Part shown: piece after piece, positions 17,444-25,962 of the stretch
Layout: each line of letters starts with the position of its first letter
Numbering within the stretch: the first letter of the stretch is position 1
DNA from: a virus
Taxonomy: Duplodnaviria > Caudoviricetes
Virus record (IMG/VR): IMGVR_UViG_3300028797_000148
Coordinates: 20,653 to 84,652 of that record
DNA length: 64,000 nt
Reading direction: 5' to 3' (one strand)
The notes under the pieces: model-generated
What the model saw: only the letters and a program-made list of their open reading frames with translations
Told to the model about the DNA's origin: nothing
The model's database searches: none
Program-made: the position numbers and the translations under genes

Positions 17444-17575
17444 ATATCGTAGGACGTTGTTGTTGACCTTATTTTGTTATAATTTGCGAAGTTGCCATTA
17501 GTGTAATCCCCCGTCCTATACCCCGATACCGTCGTTAAGACGATAAAGGGGACAAAGGACTAAAGAGATAAATGG

Positions 17576-18322
17576 TTAATAAAATGCGGACACGGGGCGA
17601 ACTAAGCCCTCATACGTCTTGTAGTAGTCGTTGAAGTAGCCAAGGGTGAAACGCAGATGCCAAGCACTCGTGGCAGAGTACTCCGTAGAAGACCATCCCC
17701 AAGACGAACCGACTGGAATTGCAGTACCGCTGATTGCCGCCATGACGAAGTTGATTTCGCGGACGTGCGCCCAAATCATTGCCATCTCGCCGAGTGAAGG
17801 CAACCACCAGCGGCCAGCACCCATATTGGCGTCGGCAGAATCGACATTGCTGGGGTGATACTCGTTGCAATACTTTGCGGCAGGCGCGTTTGCACCGAGC
17901 GTTGTCAGAATGGTGTCCGTCTTTGCGCGGCCATCGAAATCGGCAATAGCCGTGCGGCGGTCGGTGATGAAGGTAGTGCCACCCGTAACGTTAGATGTAG
18001 CCCATGCCTTTGTCGCTTGGTCTTTCGCGATGATAAGCGTGCGCCCGTTCTCGATGATACCCGCACCAACGGCGATGCTGGCGATGCTGCTTTCCAATGC
18101 ACGGTCGGCAGGCCAAAAACGTGTGTATGAATCCACGTTTGTAACCACCATAACGTTTCCGATGGTAGGCAGTACGCTTTGCAGCTTCTTTGCGAAGTTG
18201 GCGTAGGAGTCGCTACCCATAAGCTCGTTGCTGGAGTTAAGGATAGGCACGCGAGCACCCGATGCAGCAGCCGTAGTGTTGGCATTGTGCAGGGCTTTAA
18301 GAGCATTTTGAATTGTTCCCAT
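17576..18322 (-). CDS. DGR target protein with C-terminal CLec/DUF1566-like domain, probable receptor-binding tip
   Basis: WWLPSLGEM and WSSTEYS..AW motifs; VR at the C-terminus; last gene of the tail-fibre block. Confidence 0.85.
   Translation of the reverse strand: MGTIQNALKALHNANTTAAASGARVPILNSSNELMGSDSYANFAKKLQSVLPTIGNVMVVTNVDSYTRFWPADRALESSIASIAVGAGIIENGRTLIIAKDQATKAWATSNVTGGTTFITDRRTAIADFDGRAKTDTILTTLGANAPAAKYCNEYHPSNVDSADANMGAGRWWLPSLGEMAMIWAHVREINFVMAAISGTAIPVGSSWGWSSTEYSATSAWHLRFTLGYFNDYYKTYEGLVRPVSAFY
17584..17687 (-). repeat. DGR variable repeat (VR)
   Basis: TEYSATSAWHLRFTLGYFNDYYKTYEGLVRPVSA versus TR TENSATNAWNLNFNNGNFNNNNKTNENLVRPVSA. Confidence 0.97.
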
Positions 18323-18401
18323 AAAATAATACTTTTAATTGTTTTTGAATAATAAAGTGTATAAAACTACAAAAATACATTCTTCGTTTCTTTCGAGAGT
18401 T

Positions 18402-18731
18402 TTAACCCGCTATCTTTACCCATGTGGAAAGGCTGTTTGAACCGTATGTCACGATTTCGCCATTGTACGTGACATTCTCGCTATTGTATGTAACGATGTG
18501 GTTTGGCGTGCCTACGATGGATGCGGTGCTTATGAAAGTCTCCTTTGCTACCGTGATAAGCGAGTTTTGTGCATACGTAGCCGTTGGCGAAAGCGACTCT
18601 ACCGAACCAAGAATCTTGATGCGGTTGGTCTCTACGGTCGTACTTAGGTTGGAAACGAGCGTCCTTACACGCGCCCATACCCAGCCCAAGCCCGCACCGT
18701 CGAGTTTCTTGTCGTCCGTTTGTACTGCCAT
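18402..18731 (-). CDS. Small tail-fibre-associated protein
   Basis: 109 aa; first 16 aa identical to those of 18756..19439. Confidence 0.65.
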   Translation of the reverse strand: MAVQTDDKKLDGAGLGWVWARVRTLVSNLSTTVETNRIKILGSVESLSPTATYAQNSLITVAKETFISTASIVGTPNHIVTYNSENVTYNGEIVTYGSNSLSTWVKIAG

Positions 18732-18755
18732 AACACTTGTTTATACGGTAGTGTA

Positions 18756-19439
18756 TTATGTTGTTGAGCAGATGCTTTCAATCTCGGACTGCGAAAGCGT
18801 TTCCACATCATCCTTGGTTGCATAGTTGCTCAAGTCGATGAATCCTTGGTACACGTCGAACTTGTAAACGGCTGGCGTGCTGCCCTCGGCAGGTGATGAT
18901 TCGATAACATAGACGTTAGTTCCCTTTGGATAGGTTTTGGTAACGCCCTGCTCATACTCCTCGAAACGGTTGTCGATGGTGAATCCGTCGCTCATGTTCC
19001 ACATCCATCCAAGGTTAGCCGAAGATGGTGTCGGGAGGTTGGCGAAAGCAAGAGAGCCCTTTGGCTTGATGTATGCCTGCAACTTAGCGTCGATGGCGTT
19101 GTTTACATCTGTAGCGGTCTGATAGCCAGCACCGTTAGCCAAGGATGCGTTATCGGTGGGTACGGGGATATTAACACTCTTGTCAGTAACGGTAAGTGCC
19201 GTGCCATTGACCTTTACGGTCTCGATAACGTTTACCTGCGCACCCGAAGCAATTGCATCCAGCTTTGATTTCAAAGCAGATGTGAAATTCATGTCGGTAT
19301 GCACATACGATGCGTCCTTAACTACGTTATCATCGTTAGTAAGGTCGCTGGTCTTGGTTGGTACGATGGATTTGATGATACCCCAAAGTATTCCCAAACC
19401 CGCACCGTCAAGCTTTTTGTCGTCTGTTTGTACTGCCAT
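18756..19439 (-). CDS. Tail-fibre-associated protein
   Basis: 227 aa; LDGAGLGILW N-terminus, ETLSQSEIESIC C-terminus. Confidence 0.7.
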   Translation of the reverse strand: MAVQTDDKKLDGAGLGILWGIIKSIVPTKTSDLTNDDNVVKDASYVHTDMNFTSALKSKLDAIASGAQVNVIETVKVNGTALTVTDKSVNIPVPTDNASLANGAGYQTATDVNNAIDAKLQAYIKPKGSLAFANLPTPSSANLGWMWNMSDGFTIDNRFEEYEQGVTKTYPKGTNVYVIESSPAEGSTPAVYKFDVYQGFIDLSNYATKDDVETLSQSEIESICSTT

Positions 19440-19515
19440 AATCTTAAAACGTTTTAAATGATTAATAAAAGAAGAAAATTAACTCTATATAGAAAACTGA
19501 TGATTTTTCATATCC

Positions 19516-19722
19516 TTACCTGCAAATCATACGTATCTCAAATTCGGTCAATGTTTCGTTGTTCTCATCAACCTCCTGCTCCAATTCGTTGATTTGCTGG
19601 ACGTGCTGTGGTGTCATAACACCTTTTTCAACCAAGGAGGCATCGGGGTAGATGTTTTTTTCCTCTACCTTATCCAAGTCCTCTTTCACTTGGTCGCCGT
19701 ATTTGTTCAACTTGTATGCCAT
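19516..19722 (-). CDS. Small tail-fibre-associated protein
   Basis: MAYKLNKYGDQV...ETLTEFEIRMICR; ATG at 19722 preferred over 19857. Confidence 0.6.
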   Translation of the reverse strand: MAYKLNKYGDQVKEDLDKVEEKNIYPDASLVEKGVMTPQHVQQINELEQEVDENNETLTEFEIRMICR

Positions 19723-19744
19723 AAGCGATATATTTTTAAAGTTG

Positions 19745-20101
19745 TTAGATGTTCCTTGGCTTGCGCATAACCATAACGCACTCCCCGTCGATAAGCATAA
19801 TCTCACCCTCATTAACAAGCAGATATTCCCATTTGCCCTGCGATGTGGCGCAAACAAGCGAGAAAGCAGCCGTAACGCCTTTGTTGTCCTTTGGGCTTAT
19901 AGTTACACCTACGGCTGGATTTAACGCGCCTACGGCTACAGAAACGGGCTTATTTTCCAATATAGCATCCGTTTCTATTCCTTGGTTATCCCTTGGTGTT
20001 ACGGATGCAGCCATATCACCGCCTCCTTTGTGGGTGACGGTGACACGCTGACAGCCGTGTATTCCGCAGCAAGAGCCTTGTGTTACGATGTCACTACGCA
20101 T
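19745..20101 (-). CDS. Hypothetical protein
   Basis: 118-aa ORF; alternative start at 20014 preceded by AAAGGAGG. Confidence 0.5.
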   Translation of the reverse strand: MRSDIVTQGSCCGIHGCQRVTVTHKGGGDMAASVTPRDNQGIETDAILENKPVSVAVGALNPAVGVTISPKDNKGVTAAFSLVCATSQGKWEYLLVNEGEIMLIDGECVMVMRKPRNI

Positions 20102-20469
20102 AACAGCTGCTTTTGAACCTCGGTACGTAATCCATCATCGAAATCATCATCGGGTACGTATGCGATTGTGGTAATCCAATACTCGCCCGTTCCCATGAAT
20201 CCCGTATCTACCGTAAAGAGATAGTTCTCGTTTTCATCAAGAATCATATCGGACTTTGGTATTGTGACGCTTTTCTTGGTGTTCTTGATAACGACCTTGA
20301 AATCATCGTCGGCCATAGAAAAGCCCTCGGACTGAATATCCAATGTGAATTTCAGCTCCGTGCCTTGGTAGATGGTACGGCGGACATTCTCCTGCGTAGT
20401 AGCCTGCTGTTGCTGGCTGTTGTTATCGCCGCCACCGCTAACTTGTGTATTGCTATTCTCGTCTGCCAT
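20083..20469 (-). CDS. Hypothetical Ig-like virion-associated protein
   Basis: 128 aa, beta-strand rich after an N/Q-rich leader; follows a promoter. Confidence 0.6.
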   Translation of the reverse strand: MADENSNTQVSGGGDNNSQQQQATTQENVRRTIYQGTELKFTLDIQSEGFSMADDDFKVVIKNTKKSVTIPKSDMILDENENYLFTVDTGFMGTGEYWITTIAYVPDDDFDDGLRTEVQKQLLCVVTS

Positions 20470-20496
20470 AATGCTAAAATATTAAATTTCTGCGTG

Positions 20497-20527
20497 CAAA
20501 GATAAACAATGTTTTTGAATATACAAA
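20497..20527 (-). promoter_or_regulatory. Bacteroidota promoter upstream of the small fibre genes and DGR
   Basis: Reverse strand TTTG-N19-TATCTTTG. Confidence 0.7.
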
Positions 20528-20543
20528 GGACAATGCGAAAGAT

Positions 20544-21005
20544 TTATTGTCTTTTCACGATTTTGTGCGAATATTCGTTGCGGATGAAGGATTTTTTGAA
20601 CAGATACTTAACCCAAGCGAATCTTTTACGCTCGTAATTGTACGACAAATCATCTTCATGCAGATACGCCTCCTGCTCCGTGCTGATGTTGTAATATGCC
20701 AGCTTTGAATCAAAGCCGCAGAATGGAATACGGATAATCCACTCCAGCACGTAGATAAGATAGAACGATACGGGAATAACGAAGCACCACCACCATGATA
20801 TTACATCTGCCAATGATAGTGATACGGCGATAATCGCGGCAACGACCGTCACCTCAAGCTGCTGCTCAAGGTGGGTCGTTTCGTGGCGTTCATCCTTTGC
20901 GGTAAACGCGCTTGCATCACTCCTTACAAATACCCAAGGCCAAATTGTGATAGCCTTAAAACCCTTAAACGGGATTATTTTGTTATAGATAATATTTGCT
21001 TTCAT
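20544..21005 (-). CDS. Membrane-associated HExxH protein
   Basis: RHETTHLEQQ, hydrophobic stretch, EQEAY. Confidence 0.6.
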   Translation of the reverse strand: MKANIIYNKIIPFKGFKAITIWPWVFVRSDASAFTAKDERHETTHLEQQLEVTVVAAIIAVSLSLADVISWWWCFVIPVSFYLIYVLEWIIRIPFCGFDSKLAYYNISTEQEAYLHEDDLSYNYERKRFAWVKYLFKKSFIRNEYSHKIVKRQ

Positions 21006-21007
21006 AA

Positions 21008-23110
21008 TTACGATACATTTGTGATTATACCTCTTGATACCGTTACCGTCTTACCGTCTTTGTCCTTAAACGTGCCACTCCATCCGTTTGTAACATTTAG
21101 GCTGTCGACTTTTAGGCTAAGGGCTGGCCCCGACGGATAGTTATACAAAGCAAAACCTCCCTGCACAACCTCGTTTTTGGTGTTCGAGCCGACAACAAAC
21201 TGCAATTCAGAAATAAGATATGTGCTATAAATCTTACCTCCGCTTAAAGAGCGTATAGAGCCGTCGTTACTCTCAAAATCGCTTCGCATGATGGTTTTGT
21301 TTTGGTAAACAATTCCCGTTTTCATGTCTACTGCATAGTTCGGAATCCATGTGTCTGCTGACGATACGTTTATATCAACACGACCAGATGTACTTGCAGT
21401 CATCATGTCAACGCGAATACAATAAGAGCCTCCCGATGCAACGGTGTACGAGAAATCTCCTTTGCTGCCGCTTGAAAGCTGTACCTCTGCACCGCTAACG
21501 TAGCTGTTACTATTGTTATAATACAGCCTAACGCGAAGCGTAGCACCAGCATATTGGGCGAAACATGTGAACTTATACGTCTTACCAGCAACAAGCGTAA
21601 AGTTTTCTCCAACTCTTGCCGTGCTGTAACTAACGGAGAAGTTTTTGCAAAGGTAAGCGTAATTTGTTGGCAAAAGAGGGTTGAAGTCTGAATATCCTTG
21701 GTTTTCAGAGCCGTTAAGTGTTCCGTACTGAGAAATCATCCAGTCGCCATTGATTATAGCACTACCAAAATGAGCATAACTACCAAAGAACGCTTGAGCT
21801 ATGTAATATTTCATATCAGACATCATCGCAGTCCAAGGTTTTCCGTTTCCATAACTTGCATTATACGGGTCTTGGTTAGTCGACGTTACGTTCGTACCAC
21901 CGTTTCCTGCGTTATCAAGCATATAGAAAGAATTGCCTCGTTTCACGTATGGGGCTTGTGTATCGGTCATTACATAAGATGCCGACGAGTTCCAATCACC
22001 TGCAAAGTAATAGAATCTTCCAGCTTTACCGCGACTACCCGCACTTCCGTCGTGCGTGTGAGCAACACATGTACCCGTTATGCTGTTTGAGCTTACGGCA
22101 GTACACTTATATGTTGATGTGTGACTCCTTCCGCTATCGCTCGATGTGCCGCTAACCACAAACAAATCACCAATACGACATGTCGAAAAGTCGGGGTCGC
22201 CATCTCTTTTTGAGTAATTTTCAGAATGACCTATCGCTCCATAAGTGTCCCATTGCGTATCTGTATAAAGGTTATTTCGGGTAAGATACAATTTGTAACC
22301 TTTGCCCTCTGCACCGTCCTGTCCGTCCTGTCCATCCTGTCCATCTTGCCCATCTTGGCCGTTTGTGCCGTTAGTTCCGTCCGTAACGATGTTCACGGTT
22401 TCCTTATCAACTACGGTGTTGTTCACGTAAAGGAAGAATGTGACGTAGTTTGTGAAGTTCGTGCCTGCCGTTAGACCGCCGCTTGGGTAGTTGGTTACGC
22501 TACCGCCATCTGCGCTATACTTAATGGTGGCCTCAGATGGATTGCTTGAGGTTGTACCCGTAGCGACATCAAGTTTCGAGCTGCCACAAGTGATAACGTT
22601 TGGTGTGTAAGTGCCATCTTTCTTGTGGGTAATGGCGTTAGCCGATGGAACGAGGTTATAGATAGCCCCGCCTTTCATACCCACAACGGCGATTGACAAA
22701 GCTATCGTGCCGTATGTGGCGTGCTTTGTTTCCACCTCCAGCGTTTCACGTTTGCTAACGGCTACCCCGCTATTGTAGTGTATGCGAATCCATTGCTTTG
22801 TGCTGATAGTTTGGAATGTGGTCGTAAGAGCCGTGCTGCCCGTACCGCTGCCGCTTGTTTCCAAAGTAAGCGAAGCGTTTGTAGGCTTAGATGTGTAGCG
22901 AATCTGACACAAGGCGGTAACATCTTCAACGCCATAGAAAGCCGCTATCTGCGAGTATATGTTAAACGCCGCAGCGGTTTTCATGTCGCTATCGCAGGCA
23001 ACGCTATCCATCTCGTTAGACAAATCTACCGAGAAAGCGTTTGTGCCGTTAGTTCCGTCCGTAACAGTCGTCACATGAAATGTGTTTCCTATACTTCTGC
23101 GACTTGACAT
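21008..23110 (-). CDS. Tail fibre-like protein with short collagen-like (GQD)n linker
   Basis: 700 aa, S/T/G/N-rich, GTNGTNGQDGQDGQDGQDGQDGAEG. Confidence 0.7.
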   Translation of the reverse strand: MSSRRSIGNTFHVTTVTDGTNGTNAFSVDLSNEMDSVACDSDMKTAAAFNIYSQIAAFYGVEDVTALCQIRYTSKPTNASLTLETSGSGTGSTALTTTFQTISTKQWIRIHYNSGVAVSKRETLEVETKHATYGTIALSIAVVGMKGGAIYNLVPSANAITHKKDGTYTPNVITCGSSKLDVATGTTSSNPSEATIKYSADGGSVTNYPSGGLTAGTNFTNYVTFFLYVNNTVVDKETVNIVTDGTNGTNGQDGQDGQDGQDGQDGAEGKGYKLYLTRNNLYTDTQWDTYGAIGHSENYSKRDGDPDFSTCRIGDLFVVSGTSSDSGRSHTSTYKCTAVSSNSITGTCVAHTHDGSAGSRGKAGRFYYFAGDWNSSASYVMTDTQAPYVKRGNSFYMLDNAGNGGTNVTSTNQDPYNASYGNGKPWTAMMSDMKYYIAQAFFGSYAHFGSAIINGDWMISQYGTLNGSENQGYSDFNPLLPTNYAYLCKNFSVSYSTARVGENFTLVAGKTYKFTCFAQYAGATLRVRLYYNNSNSYVSGAEVQLSSGSKGDFSYTVASGGSYCIRVDMMTASTSGRVDINVSSADTWIPNYAVDMKTGIVYQNKTIMRSDFESNDGSIRSLSGGKIYSTYLISELQFVVGSNTKNEVVQGGFALYNYPSGPALSLKVDSLNVTNGWSGTFKDKDGKTVTVSRGIITNVS

Positions 23111-23160
23111 AATCTTTACATTTTTAATTTATAAAAGCAAAGTTATGCTTACACACCAAT

Positions 23161-24285
23161 CTAAGATGTGTAAGCAATAACGATACCCGTAATATTCTTT
23201 CCGTAATCATTGACGGTGGCAAAGTTGATTTTCAACGTACCCTTACCGCCCGACATTGAAAGCGGGCGCATACCGTCCGAGCCTCTATCGGGAATATCGG
23301 GTAATCCCGAAGCGGTAATCTCGTTCGCATTTCCATCAAGGAGCTTTACCTTAATGCTGTTATAGGTCGGGTGTGATGTGCCACCAAGAACGGCAGCGTC
23401 CTCGCGTAAGCCTACCCAAATGGAGAATGTTACAGATTCATCCTTTCGCAGCGATGCGGCATTTCCGTTAGCACCGTTATATTGGATATACAGAAATTCG
23501 GGGTCTTGCATATCATCAATGCCAGCGTATGCCGTATAGCGGGTTTGACCGCCCGAAGTGAACACGCATTTAACCGTTGCATGGTCTACGACGCTACCCT
23601 CGCTAACTTGGAAAGCGTTTGCGTATGTATTGCCATCAATGGTTTTGTTTTGGCCGCTTGTACCCGTAGAGGCATCGTTAAGATACCATTGTGTAGTACA
23701 CTCCACGTCGCCACCGTTGGAATCATACAGCTTTCCGTACATGGTGATAACCTGCCCTTTCTCCGTAATATCGGACACGCCGTTTACGAAGTTGATGATA
23801 CCAAGGAATCCGTTACCTTGAATCTCGGTGATACGGATTTGTGCGGCACACTCGAAAGGAACGGCACTACCACCAATGCTGCAAGAGCCCTTGAACGTAA
23901 TCATATCCACATTGACGTTATCGGAACTTGCAAGGTTGCCCATAATCTTCAATGCTGGCATGTTCAAGGTTTGACCGCCGTAGGTAACGGCCTTCGTTGT
24001 TTTCATAAACAGACCGCTTGGGCTTGTTGAAATACCCGTTTCCTCGTTGAAGGTGATAACCTGCCCCTCGTACATCCATTGGTATGTGCTTTGCGGAACG
24101 ACAAGCGATGTACCCGACAAAAGCGTAAGGTAAATCGTAGGTCTGTTAGCGTTCACAGTCCAATCGGGAACGGCAGAAGAGCCAGTCCATGCCTGCGAAA
24201 GCGATTTGTCTGATGCAAGATTGCCGTGCAGGGTTGTACCATCATCAAGTGCGGTAACAAAAAATCTATTACTAATTGAGCTCAT
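23161..24285 (-). CDS. Putative tail-tip structural protein
   Basis: 374 aa beta-rich ORF in the tail-tip block. Confidence 0.55.
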   Translation of the reverse strand: MSSISNRFFVTALDDGTTLHGNLASDKSLSQAWTGSSAVPDWTVNANRPTIYLTLLSGTSLVVPQSTYQWMYEGQVITFNEETGISTSPSGLFMKTTKAVTYGGQTLNMPALKIMGNLASSDNVNVDMITFKGSCSIGGSAVPFECAAQIRITEIQGNGFLGIINFVNGVSDITEKGQVITMYGKLYDSNGGDVECTTQWYLNDASTGTSGQNKTIDGNTYANAFQVSEGSVVDHATVKCVFTSGGQTRYTAYAGIDDMQDPEFLYIQYNGANGNAASLRKDESVTFSIWVGLREDAAVLGGTSHPTYNSIKVKLLDGNANEITASGLPDIPDRGSDGMRPLSMSGGKGTLKINFATVNDYGKNITGIVIAYTS

Positions 24286-24288
24286 AAA

Positions 24289-24795
24289 TTATTCCTCCTC
24301 TTGATTTTGTTGTTGGTTTTCCGTTTCTTCTTCGCTGGTTTCGTTATTCTCTTCTTGCTGAGTGCCGCCGCCAAGAATATCCTCCACATTACCTACCTCG
24401 TTTTCCTCGATAGTTTCCGTTTCGGTATTTTCGTCGGTGTTTTCGGGCGTTTCGTCGTTCTGCTCGGTTTGTTCATCTACGGTTTCGGTCTGCTCTTCCT
24501 GCTCTACCTCCTGCTCTTCTTGGGGCTGCTCCTGCTGATTGTTGTTGTTAGGTTCAAGCCCCTCATATCCCATTTGGTAGTTGTTTTCTGCAATAAGGGC
24601 ATCTGCCTCCGTCCCCGTAATCTTAACAACACCCTGCAAACCGTCGATATACTCGTCGGGAGTGAATCGCACGCGGCGCAAATCGTTATTGTCAAGAATC
24701 CAATTCATGTCCTTTGTGCGGTAGCGTTCAAGGATAAGGCCGCTGCGTTGCGCGATATTCTCAACGACCTTGTAAAAAGTGATGTTCATTCCCAT
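24289..24795 (-). CDS. Hypothetical protein with E/Q/N-rich acidic tail
   Basis: 168 aa; C-terminal half is low complexity. Confidence 0.65.
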   Translation of the reverse strand: MGMNITFYKVVENIAQRSGLILERYRTKDMNWILDNNDLRRVRFTPDEYIDGLQGVVKITGTEADALIAENNYQMGYEGLEPNNNNQQEQPQEEQEVEQEEQTETVDEQTEQNDETPENTDENTETETIEENEVGNVEDILGGGTQQEENNETSEEETENQQQNQEEE

Positions 24796-24822
24796 AATTC
24801 AAATCCTTTCTTTTATATTGTT

Positions 24823-25959
24823 TTAAATAAATCTGCCATACACATTCTCGCTGTTATAGGTAACAACCGCACCGTCGTATGTAATCGGCTCGTAAGCACC
24901 GATGATATACACGATAGGATAGATAAGCACATTGCCAGTCGACGATTGCATCACAGAGCTGTCTAAGGTAATTCGCTCGCCCCATCCTCTGTCTGTTTCT
25001 GCGCTTTGCGTGCTGTTTCTTGTCTTCCAATTGAAAAGCATGTGCGCCTGCTTTTTAGCCTCGCTTACAACAGCACCTTTCACGTTCACTACGGTACTGA
25101 AAGTCATTGTATTAACGTTTGAACGGTAAGCACCACCATTCTCGCTAAGTACGTTCGTTTCAATATCGGGGATGCGCCATAAGATAGAACGGTACACCTT
25201 GCTCGGATATAGTGTGTTGCCCGATTGCACGGCGCGTAACACTATATTTATCTCCTCGCCATAAAGTGCATCTACCACCAAGTTTCGCGTGCTTTGTCCG
25301 CTTACATAGAACGGCATGGTTTCAACGAGTACCTCGCTGTTTCCATCAACGGCATACCACTTGAATGTAATGTCACTTGAAACATCAACACCACCGCGAT
25401 ATGCAACGGCCTGCAAGGTAAACTGCGAGTTATCCATCGTTAGCGGGTTGAAAGGAATAGAATCCTCACAAAGCACATCAATGGTGGGGCAGTCAAACTC
25501 CGCATCCTTTGACGTAGTAAGGGTAAGAATCTGCTCCATAGCACCGATGCGTCCCGAATCACGCGGGTCGATGTATTGTGCAACACATCGAATCTGAACA
25601 GCATGGTCGTAGCCGACATTCTTTCTGACAACAAGCGTATTGCCGCTAAGATAATAATCCGCAGACGTGCTTGTAGTCATAATGTGGCTTTCAACATAAG
25701 CCGTGTTACGCCATTCATTAACGTACCAATCGGTGCTGTAGAAAGCAAGCTCATAGGAACGGTTCGCCTCAGAGTCAACACCCGTTATCGACGGAGTGAT
25801 GATAAGCGGCGTGCGCTGGCGGTTCGGTTGCCAGTCGTTTGAGTTATCATAATACCATTGCTCGGTAACGCCGTTAGGTGTCAGATTGAACACCATGTCA
25901 AGCGGTTTCAGCTCGGTAGTGATAACTGCGGGTTGTGATACATTTAATCTTCTTCCCAT
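24823..25959 (-). CDS. Putative tail-tip structural protein (Ig-like domains)
   Basis: 378 aa beta-rich; ends ITYDGAVVTYNSENVYGRFI. Confidence 0.55.
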   Translation of the reverse strand: MGRRLNVSQPAVITTELKPLDMVFNLTPNGVTEQWYYDNSNDWQPNRQRTPLIITPSITGVDSEANRSYELAFYSTDWYVNEWRNTAYVESHIMTTSTSADYYLSGNTLVVRKNVGYDHAVQIRCVAQYIDPRDSGRIGAMEQILTLTTSKDAEFDCPTIDVLCEDSIPFNPLTMDNSQFTLQAVAYRGGVDVSSDITFKWYAVDGNSEVLVETMPFYVSGQSTRNLVVDALYGEEINIVLRAVQSGNTLYPSKVYRSILWRIPDIETNVLSENGGAYRSNVNTMTFSTVVNVKGAVVSEAKKQAHMLFNWKTRNSTQSAETDRGWGERITLDSSVMQSSTGNVLIYPIVYIIGAYEPITYDGAVVTYNSENVYGRFI

Positions 25960-25962
25960 AAT

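Larger units (their letters stand above)
15367..18322 (-). mobile_element. Diversity-generating retroelement (target/VR - avd - TR - RT)
   Basis: All four components present in canonical order on one strand. Confidence 0.95.

Noticed and set aside
22305-22383. GQD tandem repeat as a novel element
   Set aside because: Ordinary collagen-like linker, common in phage fibres
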